Origin: an uncultured Balneolaceae bacterium
Lineage (GTDB): Bacteria > Bacteroidota > Rhodothermia > Balneolales > Balneolaceae
Assembly (NCBI GenBank): GCA_964528445.1
Contig: CAZGSL010000001.1
Coordinates: forward strand, 82,530 to 114,529
Direction: 5' to 3'
Length of the DNA: 32,000 bases
This document shows, one piece after another, positions 9,426-17,869 of this stretch (its first letter is position 1; each line of letters begins with the position of its first letter). Position numbers and translations under genes: made by a program. The notes under the pieces are model-generated. The model was not told the origin of the DNA. It was given only the letters and a program-made list of their open reading frames with translations, and did not search any database.

Positions 9426-10232
9426 CTACAGCACCTTGAGGTGTTCGGCGGGAATCCATCCGTAGAGCCCGTTACTCATCCGAACGTAATACCATCCCCC
9501 GCGGTCGTGGCTGCGCCGGTGATCTACGGTAAAGGTATAGCCCTCGAAGGCCCGGCTCACGTTGGGGGCATCCTCGCCGGGCTCTTCCCTGACGTCGGCC
9601 TCCTGCGTGACCATGACGGCGCGGCTGTACCGCTGGTCCAGGTGCCGGGCATAGAAACTGACGGCGATGATCAGAACGCCGGCCGCAAGAAGCGAGAATC
9701 CCCCGTGTTTCAACACCGTCTGCCATCGCGAGCGAAACCACCGGATGACGATCAGGATCACGCCCAGGTTCAGCAGCAGGAGTCCCCCGCCCAGGAGCGT
9801 TCGGGCTCCGATATACTCCTGTATCCACTCAATGGCCCGTTGCCAGGGAAGTTTGGGAAGAACGGCTGACTGGCGGCTGAAACGGTTCTCCACAAATTCC
9901 AGTCCCTCCCGGGCCCGCTCCCTGGTTTCCCCGTACCCGCGGGCCTTCATAAAATAGTATTTGGCTTTTCCCAGCGAATCCACCCGGGTGTAGGCAATCC
10001 CCATGTTCAGGAACAGGGCCCCGGAGAGGTGATGATCGGACTCCAGCTCCCGGTACTCCTCCAGCGCGGCGTAATACTCTCCCTCCGTGAGGTATTGATT
10101 GGCGTTATCGAACCGGGCCTGCGGAGTGTTTTGCGCCTGCGCCGCCGTGGAGAGAAGAAGGGCCAGGGCTGCGACAAAAAAAAGCCGCCCCGCATACTGG
10201 TCCGATGTGATATGGGCGAGGATTCGAAGCAC
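9426..10232 (-). CDS. batE: BatE-like protein: TPR repeats, two transmembrane segments, SH3-like C-terminus
   Basis: TPR-like N-terminus 'QYLTEGEYYAALEEYRELESDHHLSGALFLNMGIAYTRVDSLGKAKYYFMKA'; C-terminal 'VTQEADVREEPGEDAPNVSRAFEGYTFTVDHRR...GWYYVRMSNGLYGWIPAEHL' bacterial SH3-like; directly abuts batD-like gene. Confidence 0.8.
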   Translation of the reverse strand: MLRILAHITSDQYAGRLFFVAALALLLSTAAQAQNTPQARFDNANQYLTEGEYYAALEEYRELESDHHLSGALFLNMGIAYTRVDSLGKAKYYFMKARGYGETRERAREGLEFVENRFSRQSAVLPKLPWQRAIEWIQEYIGARTLLGGGLLLLNLGVILIVIRWFRSRWQTVLKHGGFSLLAAGVLIIAVSFYARHLDQRYSRAVMVTQEADVREEPGEDAPNVSRAFEGYTFTVDHRRSHDRGGWYYVRMSNGLYGWIPAEHLKVL

Positions 10233-12011
10233 CTAGAGCTCTTTCATCAGTTTTTCCAGGGTGCTCTGTGCCAGATCTACATGCGACTTCAGGTACTCGT
10301 GCGTGGTATCGGGGGCGTAGCTGATTGTCGCGCATTTGTCAAGCAGCAGCCGGATGTTCTTGACCAGTTCGGGATTGACGCCCTCCTCCTCAAGCGCGGA
10401 AACATACTGCTGAATGGAGAGGCCGGCTTCGGGCAGTCCCAGTCGGTCGCCGATGAATCCGGTCAGCGCTTTCTGCAGGCGGTGATATGCCTCCTTGACC
10501 GCCCCCTCCCTCGACAGTTGAATGGCCTCCCGGAGCTGCTCGTCTGCTTTCTCGGGAGCCCTTACCGAACGGGCGAAGCTGCGGTTGCTGTTCATCTTCT
10601 CGTGATAGGTTTTCTGCCAGTACCCTACGGCGAGCAGCAGCAGGGGGAACGTGATGCCGGTCCAGAACCACCAACGGTCCAGCAGGCCGCCCGATCTCGG
10701 GCCGGTCCAGCTGGTCAGCCCGGTCACCGGCTGCACGGCGAGAGATCGGTAATCGGCGGAGGGTGTGACGGCATCGGGACTCCGAACGGCGTTAACGGTA
10801 AGGGCAGGCAGGGTCTGCTGCCGGTAATCCTCGATTTCGGGATCGTACCACGAGAGGGTTGTTTCGGGGATGGTGTGACTGCCCGGGGTACGGGCCACTA
10901 CGACGTCCGTAAATATTTTCCTGCCGCTTATCCTGCGGTTTTCCCGGTTGATCATGGTATTTTCCCGGGGCGTATAGGTTTCCAGTCCGTCGGGAAACGG
11001 GTACTCTGGGCCCGAGAGCAGCGGAAGATTGCCGGTTCCGCTGATCACGGTTTCAATTTCGATGGATTCCCCCACCGTAACTTCCCGCCTGGAGATGTTC
11101 CGGCTGATGTTGAAATCGCCTACACCCACGGTCGCATGGTCCCCCTCGCGGTCAGGAAGCGGCCGAACGTTCAGGGTCAGGGGATCGCTTTCAAGTTCGA
11201 CCTGCCGCTGGTTGGATCCGAATCCCCCGAAAAAACTGCTGAAGGGATCGTCTCTCGAAGAGGTGGAGCGTACCGTCGTCACCACCTCGTAGGGACTGAT
11301 GGTCAGCTCTCCCGACTTGGTGGGGAAAAGGGAAAACTGCAGGAGGCTGACCCGGTTGTAGCGAACGCCGTTCAGGACGGTGGTCTCGGCCCGCCGCCTG
11401 CTTTGGGTGTTGTCCAGCTCCTCTTTCCAGAATCCCTCGGCTTTCCACCCGGGCACCGGCTGGAAAGAGTTCACCTCCAGTTCGTCCCTGAAGTAGAGCA
11501 CGACGTCGGCGATCAGTTGCTGGCCGGAGACCGGGCGCTCGTCGCTGACCTCCATCTCCAGGTAGATCTCAGGCCGTGAATCGGCGGAGGGATTATCGGC
11601 TGATTCGTTCCGGTCAATGACGGTAACGCGGATAGCGTTTGTTTCGTGGCGGTTCCCGTCGATGGTGACGGGAACGGAGGGAATTTCATAGGTGCCGCTG
11701 TTTTCGGCGGTCAGGTAGTAGGTGTAGGCGTAACTCGTGCTGCTGCGGCCGTTGATGAAATTAAAGCTGCGGGAGGTGGAGGGCGTGTTGCTGAGCAGGC
11801 GGAAACCTGGAATATCCGGAATATCGGGACGGGATACATCGGTGAAATTCCCGCTGATCTCGATGGTAAACTCCACACGTTCTCCGGTATAGATCGTGTT
11901 TTGGGAGATCGTGGCTTCCACATTGGGAGAGGTCTGGCCCCTGGCGATCCCGGCGGTAAGCGCAATCAGCAGTACGCAAAAGAGGCCCGCGTGCTTACCA
12001 GTCCTTTTCAT
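10233..12011 (-). CDS. batD: BatD-like (aerotolerance/oxygen tolerance) protein
   Basis: 'VEATISQNTIYTGERVEFTIEISGNFTDVSRPDIPDIPGFRLLSNTPSTSRSFNFINGRSSTSYAYTYYLTAENSGTYEIPSVPVTIDG' is typical of BatD family. Confidence 0.88.
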   Translation of the reverse strand: MKRTGKHAGLFCVLLIALTAGIARGQTSPNVEATISQNTIYTGERVEFTIEISGNFTDVSRPDIPDIPGFRLLSNTPSTSRSFNFINGRSSTSYAYTYYLTAENSGTYEIPSVPVTIDGNRHETNAIRVTVIDRNESADNPSADSRPEIYLEMEVSDERPVSGQQLIADVVLYFRDELEVNSFQPVPGWKAEGFWKEELDNTQSRRRAETTVLNGVRYNRVSLLQFSLFPTKSGELTISPYEVVTTVRSTSSRDDPFSSFFGGFGSNQRQVELESDPLTLNVRPLPDREGDHATVGVGDFNISRNISRREVTVGESIEIETVISGTGNLPLLSGPEYPFPDGLETYTPRENTMINRENRRISGRKIFTDVVVARTPGSHTIPETTLSWYDPEIEDYRQQTLPALTVNAVRSPDAVTPSADYRSLAVQPVTGLTSWTGPRSGGLLDRWWFWTGITFPLLLLAVGYWQKTYHEKMNSNRSFARSVRAPEKADEQLREAIQLSREGAVKEAYHRLQKALTGFIGDRLGLPEAGLSIQQYVSALEEEGVNPELVKNIRLLLDKCATISYAPDTTHEYLKSHVDLAQSTLEKLMKEL

Positions 12012-12702
12012 TGGAGTTTGTGCTCGATTCCGTTTTTTGTTTCTTGAATTCCTTCAGCAGGTCTCTCTCTTTCTGTTCAAGCGCCTGAAGGATCTTTTCG
12101 GCCTCGGCTTTGCTTATCTGGCTGTTTTGCTGGCGTTGTTGCTGGTTTTGCTGTTGTTGCTCCTGCTGTTCCGGGTTCTGCTCCTGATTTTGCTGATTCT
12201 GCTGCTGTTGCTGCTGGTCCTGTTGATTCTGCTGGTTTTGCTGGTTCTGACTCTGCTGCTGATTCTGTTGCTGCTGTTGCTGCTCCTGCTCCTGCTGCTT
12301 TTGCATCGCCAGTTCGTAGTTGTGCTTGGCGTCGGCATCGCCGTTCCGGTAGCGGAGCGCGTTCCGGTAGTAGTCCAGGGCCCGGTCCCATTGCTGGCCG
12401 TCCGTATAGATGTTGCCGATATTGTAGTTGGCCCTGGCTTCGTCACGCGGATCATCCGTCATCGATTTGTACTGTTCGAATGTCCGGACGGCCTCTTCGC
12501 TCTTGCCGGTTTTGGCCAGCGCGTTCCCCAGGTTGAAATAGAGTCTGGCATTGTCGGGCTCGCTGTCAATAGCCTGCCGGTAGAGTTCAACCGCTTTTTC
12601 ATACTCCCCGTTTCTGTAGGCTTCGTTGGCCTTGCGGGCGTCATCCGGGGAGGCCCCCGCCAGGAGAATGGCAAGTGACAGTATGAGGATTCTTCTTATC
12701 AT
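11995..12702 (-). CDS. batC: BatC-like TPR protein with long Gln/Asn-rich C-terminal segment
   Basis: TPR 'ANEAYRNGEYEKAVELYRQAIDSEPDNARLYFNLGNALAKTGKSEEAVRTFEQY' then 'QQEQEQQQQQQNQQQSQNQQNQQNQQDQQQ...'; overlaps batD start by 17 nt. Confidence 0.8.
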   Translation of the reverse strand: MIRRILILSLAILLAGASPDDARKANEAYRNGEYEKAVELYRQAIDSEPDNARLYFNLGNALAKTGKSEEAVRTFEQYKSMTDDPRDEARANYNIGNIYTDGQQWDRALDYYRNALRYRNGDADAKHNYELAMQKQQEQEQQQQQQNQQQSQNQQNQQNQQDQQQQQQNQQNQEQNPEQQEQQQQNQQQRQQNSQISKAEAEKILQALEQKERDLLKEFKKQKTESSTNSNEKDW

Positions 12703-12757
12703 AGCGTGTTTTTTCCTGAAAATCGTTAACGAACGAATCGCCGCCAGATTGTGAAAG

Positions 12758-13519
12758 CTAGTCCATGCTTTCTGCCAGCGCGAGGGTCTCCTCGTCCATT
12801 TTCATGTTGGTGAAGACATTGGATACGTCGTCGTTCTCCTCAAATTGTTCCATCAGTCTGAAATTGGAGCGGGCCGTCTTCTCATCCACTTTGACTTCCG
12901 TGATGGGAATACGGATCAGTTCGGAAGATTCCACCTCGTAATCGAACGCCTCGAGGGCCTCCTTCACCTCAAACATCTTTTCCCGTCCGGTGGTGACGGC
13001 AAAATACTCCTCCTCCGCGTCAATCTCCTCCGCGCCGGCGTCGATGGCGTTCAGCATGAACTCCTCTTCGTCATGGTCGTTTCTGACCACCCGGACCATC
13101 CCTTTCTGATTGAAGAGGTATCCCACCGATCCGTCGGTGCCCAGGTTACCGCCGTGCTTGGAGAAGAGATAACGAATGTCGGCCACCGTGCGGTTGTAAT
13201 TGTTGGTGGTCACCTCTATGAAATAGGCAATGCCTCCCGGGCCGTATCCTTCGTAGGTGGCGTCTTCGTAGCGCCCCTCTCCCTCATCCAGTTCGCCTGT
13301 CCCTTTCTTAATGGCTCGCTCGATGTTGTCTTTGGGGACATTGTCGCTCTTGGCGTTGTCAATGGCCATGCTGAGGCGGGGATTCGTATCGGGATCGCCG
13401 CCTCCTTCCCGGGCGGCCACGGAGATCTCCCTCAGGTGCTTGTTGAAGATCTTGTTCCGTTTTTTGTCTTCACGGGCCTTCTTGTGCTTGATGTTGGCCC
13501 ATTTGGAATGACCTGCCAT
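12758..13519 (-). CDS. YebC/PmpR family DNA-binding regulatory protein
   Basis: 'MAGHSKWANIKHKKAREDKKRNKIFNKHLREISVAAREGGGDPDTNPRLSMAIDNAKSDNVPKDNIERAIKKGTGE' is the family signature. Confidence 0.96.
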   Translation of the reverse strand: MAGHSKWANIKHKKAREDKKRNKIFNKHLREISVAAREGGGDPDTNPRLSMAIDNAKSDNVPKDNIERAIKKGTGELDEGEGRYEDATYEGYGPGGIAYFIEVTTNNYNRTVADIRYLFSKHGGNLGTDGSVGYLFNQKGMVRVVRNDHDEEEFMLNAIDAGAEEIDAEEEYFAVTTGREKMFEVKEALEAFDYEVESSELIRIPITEVKVDEKTARSNFRLMEQFEENDDVSNVFTNMKMDEETLALAESMD

Positions 13520-13743
13520 AAGAGGTAACAGTAATCGTTATTTGGGATGATTTCCGGTTCGGTGAAACTCGCCTTGCCCAAGGTGCCCAATATAAGAGTT
13601 AGGCGGCATTGCACCTAATACGGGACCGCCGCCGAACCCCGGAATGCAACCGGTCCTCTTCTTTGTTAGCCCCTATGTGTCATACTATGGGAGCGGCTCC
13701 GCCGTTTCAGGCAGTGAGGTCAATCGATCACGAATTTTCCAGG

Positions 13744-14889
13744 ATGAAGATAGGAATTGTTTGTTATCCCACTTTCGGAGGAAGCGGGGTGGTGGCTACG
13801 GAACTGGCCAAGGAGCTGGCGCAGCGCGACCACCAGATTCATATCCTGAGTTACGAGCGGCCGGCCCGCCTGGGCGCCCTTCAGACCAACATCTCTTTTC
13901 ACGAGGTAAACCTGGTTACCTATCCCCTGTTTGAATATCCGCCGTACGACCTGGCCCTGGCTAACCAGATGGTGAACCTGATTGATCACGAGGGCATCGA
14001 TCTCCTGCATGTCCACTACGCCATTCCCCACGCCACCAGCGCGTACCTCGCCAAACAGATCCTGGGAGAGAAAGCCGCACATGTGCCTATTATCACCACG
14101 TTGCACGGGACGGACATCACGCTGGTGGGCAGCGATCCCAGTTACAAAAACGTGGTCGATTTCTCCATCAACCAGAGTGACGGCGTGACCGCCGTCTCAA
14201 ATTACCTGAGGGAGGAGACCCTGGACCGTTTTGACATTCGCCGCGAGATAGAGGTCATTCCCAACTTTATCGACCTGCAACGCTTTCGCAAATCTGACAA
14301 GGAGCATTTCAAACGCAGCATCGGCCAGGCCGGGGAGAAAGTGATCGTGCATGTTTCCAACTTTCGCGAGGTCAAGCGTGTGCCGGACGTGGTAGAGGTT
14401 TTCCACCGGATGCTGGAGGGCGGTCTGAAAGCGAAGCTGCTGCTGGTCGGAGACGGGCCCGACCGGCAGAGCGCCGAAAAAAAATGCCGGGAGCTGGGCG
14501 TCTGCGACCAGGTGCGGTTTCTCGGCAAGCAGGATCAGGTAGAGGAGATTTTATCGGTGGCCGACCTGTTCCTCATCCCCTCGGGTTCGGAAACCTTCGG
14601 CTTGGCGGCCCTGGAGGCGATGAGCTGCAGCGTCCCGGTGATCAGCTCCGATATCGGGGGACTCCCGGAGCTGAATATTCACGGAGAGACCGGGTACCTG
14701 TGCGAACTGGGGGACGTACAGGATATGGCCGAGCACGGTCTGAGGATCCTGGGGAACGAGGAGCTGCACGAGGAGATGTCCCGCAAGGCCCGAAAGCGGG
14801 CCGAAGAGTTTGAAATGAGTACGGTCGTCACCCGCTACGAAGAGTACTACCAGAGCGTACGCGAGCGGATGACCCCAGCGCTGGGTTGA
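13744..14889 (+). CDS. bshA: N-acetyl-alpha-D-glucosaminyl L-malate synthase (bacillithiol biosynthesis glycosyltransferase)
   Basis: 'MKIGIVCYPTFGGSGVVATELAKELAQRDHQIHILSYERPARL' and 'HYAIPHATSAYLAKQILGEKAAHVPIITTLHGTDITLVGSDPSYKNVVDFSINQSDGVTAVS'. Start set at ATG 13744 rather than track start 13609. Confidence 0.92.
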   Translation: MKIGIVCYPTFGGSGVVATELAKELAQRDHQIHILSYERPARLGALQTNISFHEVNLVTYPLFEYPPYDLALANQMVNLIDHEGIDLLHVHYAIPHATSAYLAKQILGEKAAHVPIITTLHGTDITLVGSDPSYKNVVDFSINQSDGVTAVSNYLREETLDRFDIRREIEVIPNFIDLQRFRKSDKEHFKRSIGQAGEKVIVHVSNFREVKRVPDVVEVFHRMLEGGLKAKLLLVGDGPDRQSAEKKCRELGVCDQVRFLGKQDQVEEILSVADLFLIPSGSETFGLAALEAMSCSVPVISSDIGGLPELNIHGETGYLCELGDVQDMAEHGLRILGNEELHEEMSRKARKRAEEFEMSTVVTRYEEYYQSVRERMTPALG

Positions 14890-14890
14890 A

Positions 14891-16099
14891 CTACGCGGCC
14901 AGTACCCGCGATACCTCTTCCGCGGCGTCTTTCAGCAGCACGGCCGAGATCACGTTCAGGTCCGACCGGTCAATTATCTCCTTCGCCTCCTCGGCGTTGG
15001 TGCCCTGAAGGCGGACGATGATGGGTACGTTTTCCACCTTCTGGGCGATCTCGGGATCCTTGACCGCCTCAATCACCCCGTTGGCGACCCGGTCGCAGCG
15101 TACGATGCCACCGAATATATTTATAAGGATGGCGCGGACGCTTTCGTCTTCCAGGATGATTCGGAAGCCGTTTTTCACCGTCTCCACGTTGGCGCTGCCG
15201 CCCACATCGAGGAAATTGGCCGGCTCGCCTCCGGACAGCTTGATGATATCCATGGTGGCCATGGCCAGTCCGGCGCCGTTCACCATGCATCCCACGTTTC
15301 CGTCCAGTTTGATGTAGTTCAGTCCGAATTCGGAGGCCTCCAGCTCAATAGGGTTCTCCTCGGATTCGTCCCGAAGTTCCTCGATCTCCCCTTGCCGGAA
15401 GAGGGCGTTGTCGTCGAAGGTCATCTTGGCGTCCAGTGCCAGCACGTCGTCGCCAGGTGTAAGTACCAGAGGATTGATCTCCACCAGGCTGGCGTCGGTC
15501 TCCTCGTAGCAGCGATAGAGCGCTATGATTAATTTCACGGCCTTCTTGAAGGCGCCGCCTTCCAGGCCAAGTGCGAAAGCCAGACGGCGCGCCTGGTTGT
15601 GCTGCAGGGCCATGCCGGGCTCCACCCACTCCTTGACGATTTTGTCGGGAGATTCCTCGGCCACCTTCTCGATTTCCATTCCTCCCTCGGTGGAGGCCAT
15701 GATCACATTCTTGCTTTTGGAGCGGTCCAGCAGAATGCCCAGGTAAAACTCCTGTGTGATGTCTACCCCGTCGGTAACGTAGATTCGCTGCACTTTCTGG
15801 CCTTCCTCGCCTGTCTGGGCGGTTACCAGCACGTCATCCAGCAGGGAATCGGCTGCCTCGCGCACCTCGTCAACAGTATCGCATAGAATCACACCCTTTG
15901 CGCCGCTCTCCTTCGTTCGGCCCTTCCCGCGTCCCCCGGCGTGGATCTGGGCCTTGACTACGAACAGAGTGGCGCCGTCGGCTTTCATCTCTTCGGCCGC
16001 CGTTACGGCGTCCTCCACGGTTGTGGCGGCGACACCTGCGGGTACGGCTACATCATGTGCTTTCAGGATCTCCTTGGCCTGGTATTCGTGTATCTTCAT
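14891..16099 (-). CDS. sucC: succinyl-CoA synthetase (ADP-forming) beta subunit
   Basis: 'MKIHEYQAKEILKAHDVAVPAG', 'FVVKAQIHAGGRGKG', 'NIFGGIVRCDRVANGVIEA'. Confidence 0.96.
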   Translation of the reverse strand: MKIHEYQAKEILKAHDVAVPAGVAATTVEDAVTAAEEMKADGATLFVVKAQIHAGGRGKGRTKESGAKGVILCDTVDEVREAADSLLDDVLVTAQTGEEGQKVQRIYVTDGVDITQEFYLGILLDRSKSKNVIMASTEGGMEIEKVAEESPDKIVKEWVEPGMALQHNQARRLAFALGLEGGAFKKAVKLIIALYRCYEETDASLVEINPLVLTPGDDVLALDAKMTFDDNALFRQGEIEELRDESEENPIELEASEFGLNYIKLDGNVGCMVNGAGLAMATMDIIKLSGGEPANFLDVGGSANVETVKNGFRIILEDESVRAILINIFGGIVRCDRVANGVIEAVKDPEIAQKVENVPIIVRLQGTNAEEAKEIIDRSDLNVISAVLLKDAAEEVSRVLAA

Positions 16100-16189
16100 G
16101 TTACAAAAGGGTGAATCGGTTAATTGCCTGCAGATGAATTCCGCCGGAAGTATACCAAGTATAGGCGGTAAAAAAAAGAAGAGCGGCGT

Positions 16190-17122
16190 TCAATGCCCGC
16201 GCATGCGCACCTCGAACGTGATGCCTTCGGTCGCGGAGTTGTTGGCCAGCAGGACGCTGTATCCCATCTCCCGGGCGTAGGCTACGCACTTGGGCAGTCC
16301 GAGTCCCACTCCCCGGGCCTTGTTGGAGAAGAAGGGGTAAAACATTTTGGGGATGTAATTCTCCGGTATGGGCGCGCCGTAATTGGTCACGCGGATGGTC
16401 TCCTCGTCAAACGTTACGGATACGGGTCCCCTGGGGTCCCCCGAGTGTTCCAGGGCGTTTTCCAGGAGCTCCTCCAGGATACCCCGCAGCAGCACATAAT
16501 CGCTCTCCAGGGTCCGGAGGCCGTTGGCGATGATTACGTTCACGCGTTCCCGCTGTTCGGAGGCAAGCTCCCTGAGGATGCTGTCCATAAAATCCCTGAT
16601 GTTGAAATCGGAGATCTGGACGGTCAAATCCTTGGCCAGCGTATTGAGGTCCGCCAGGATCTTCCTGAAGTCATCCAGCCCGCTCTCCATTTCGCTCAGG
16701 TATTCGCGCTGCTTGTCGTCCAGCGGCTGCTCAGACAGAAGCTCGGCGTAACCGCTGATCCCGTTGAGGGGAGAGTGAAAGCGGTGGACCAGCAGCCGGG
16801 CCATCTCCCGCTGAAGCTCGAAGAAATCGAAATTCTGATCGATCCCCACGGGGGAGAACGTGGTCTTGATATAGGTGTGGTCGTTGAGGTTCAGCTTCTC
16901 CTCGTGAATCCGGTAGTACTGGTTTTCCCGCTCCCATATTACCGAGCTTCTCACCACCCGGTGCGGGGTGAAGAGCTCATCCAGACTTCTGCCGGAATCG
17001 GGGTCGATTCCCAGCACGCGGCGGGCGGCCCGGTTGGCGTACAATATTTTTTTCTCTGAGGCATCGGTTATGAGAGCGGGATTCTCATAGCCGTTGATCA
17101 GGGATTGAATAAACTTATCCAT
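16190..17122 (-). CDS. PAS-domain sensor histidine kinase
   Basis: PAS-like N-terminus 'ALITDASEKKILYANRAARRVLGIDPDSGRSLDELFTPH'; H-box 'LVHRFHSPLNGISGYAELL'; N-box 'LLENALEHSG'; 'GAPIPENYIPKMFYPFFSNKARGVGLGL' ATPase motif. No receiver domain. Confidence 0.88.
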   Translation of the reverse strand: MDKFIQSLINGYENPALITDASEKKILYANRAARRVLGIDPDSGRSLDELFTPHRVVRSSVIWERENQYYRIHEEKLNLNDHTYIKTTFSPVGIDQNFDFFELQREMARLLVHRFHSPLNGISGYAELLSEQPLDDKQREYLSEMESGLDDFRKILADLNTLAKDLTVQISDFNIRDFMDSILRELASEQRERVNVIIANGLRTLESDYVLLRGILEELLENALEHSGDPRGPVSVTFDEETIRVTNYGAPIPENYIPKMFYPFFSNKARGVGLGLPKCVAYAREMGYSVLLANNSATEGITFEVRMRGH

Positions 17123-17455
17123 TGGTCCGGTCGGTCCCTAAATGGGAGAAATCCAGCCGCTGATGAAACGGCCGTTGCTGAAAACCTTACTAGATCGATT
17201 TTTCATGCTCTATATCTCACTGATTGTATGAAAAAATACAGATAGTTGCACCTCCTGCCCTCCCCCGGGCGCATAGCCCGGCGACCGGCACCGGGACAGG
17301 CTGTCTAAAACGGTTATCAGCAGGCGCTCAAGAGATCTTAAGAAGGAATTTGCCGGCAGATAGCTTTTCCGCCGGCCGGGAAAATTTTGCCAGCGGCACG
17401 TTTCGTCCTCCCCGCCTACCCCCCTTTTACGCCCCGGAGACCCATCCCGTCAGCG

Positions 17456-17470
17456 TGGCACGGCAATTGC
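17456..17470 (+). promoter_or_regulatory. Putative sigma-54 (RpoN) -24/-12 promoter of the flagellar operon
   Basis: TGGCACGGCAATTGC: GG at 17457-17458 and GC at 17469-17470 separated by exactly 10 nt, matching TGGCAC-N5-TTGC. flgB ATG is at 17504, giving a ~20-25 nt 5' UTR with GGAGG. Confidence 0.85.
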
Positions 17471-17503
17471 CTTCCTCTTTACACGAACTAAGACGGAGGT
17501 GCT

Positions 17504-17851
17504 ATGAAACTGCTTGAAAATCAACATACCGCGCTTCTTGCCAAGGCGATGGATGCCTATACGCTGAGGCAGAAAATTACCGCTTCCAACGTAGCGAACC
17601 TGGATACGCCGGGATACAACAAACGCTCGGTCTCCTTTGAGGAGGAACTGCTGAAAGCGGCCGACAGCGATATGGGCCAGAGCACCATCGACTCGGTCCG
17701 CCCCGAAGTCGTGGAGTCCGACCAGGCGCCAGTCCTGGAGGAGGAGATGCTGGAGATGGCCGATACCCAGGTTCGGGTGAACATGGTAACGCGCGCGCTT
17801 CGCCAGAATTTTGAACTGATACGCTCCGGCATAACCGGCCGGACGGGATAA
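17504..17851 (+). CDS. flgB: flagellar basal-body rod protein FlgB
   Basis: 'QKITASNVANLDTPGYNKRSVSFEEEL' rod-protein motif; first gene of a canonical flgBC-fliEFGHIJ order. GGAGG Shine-Dalgarno upstream. Confidence 0.93.
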   Translation: MKLLENQHTALLAKAMDAYTLRQKITASNVANLDTPGYNKRSVSFEEELLKAADSDMGQSTIDSVRPEVVESDQAPVLEEEMLEMADTQVRVNMVTRALRQNFELIRSGITGRTG

Positions 17852-17869
17852 CGGTACGGGGTATCCCTT

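Noticed and set aside
10029-11579. 516-aa plus-strand ORF antisense to batD/batE
   Set aside because: Shadow ORF of GC-rich coding DNA; the batD-like frame has recognisable family features.
13566-13610. Weak inverted repeat GGTGCCCAAT / ATTGCACC in the yebC-bshA divergent gap
   Set aside because: The stem is short and needs a 2-nt bulge; it is within chance expectation without comparative support.
17265-17281. Small hairpin CCGGGC-GCATA-GCCCGG upstream of flgB
   Set aside because: Six-bp GC stem with no U-tract and no downstream gene context; could be chance in GC-rich DNA.
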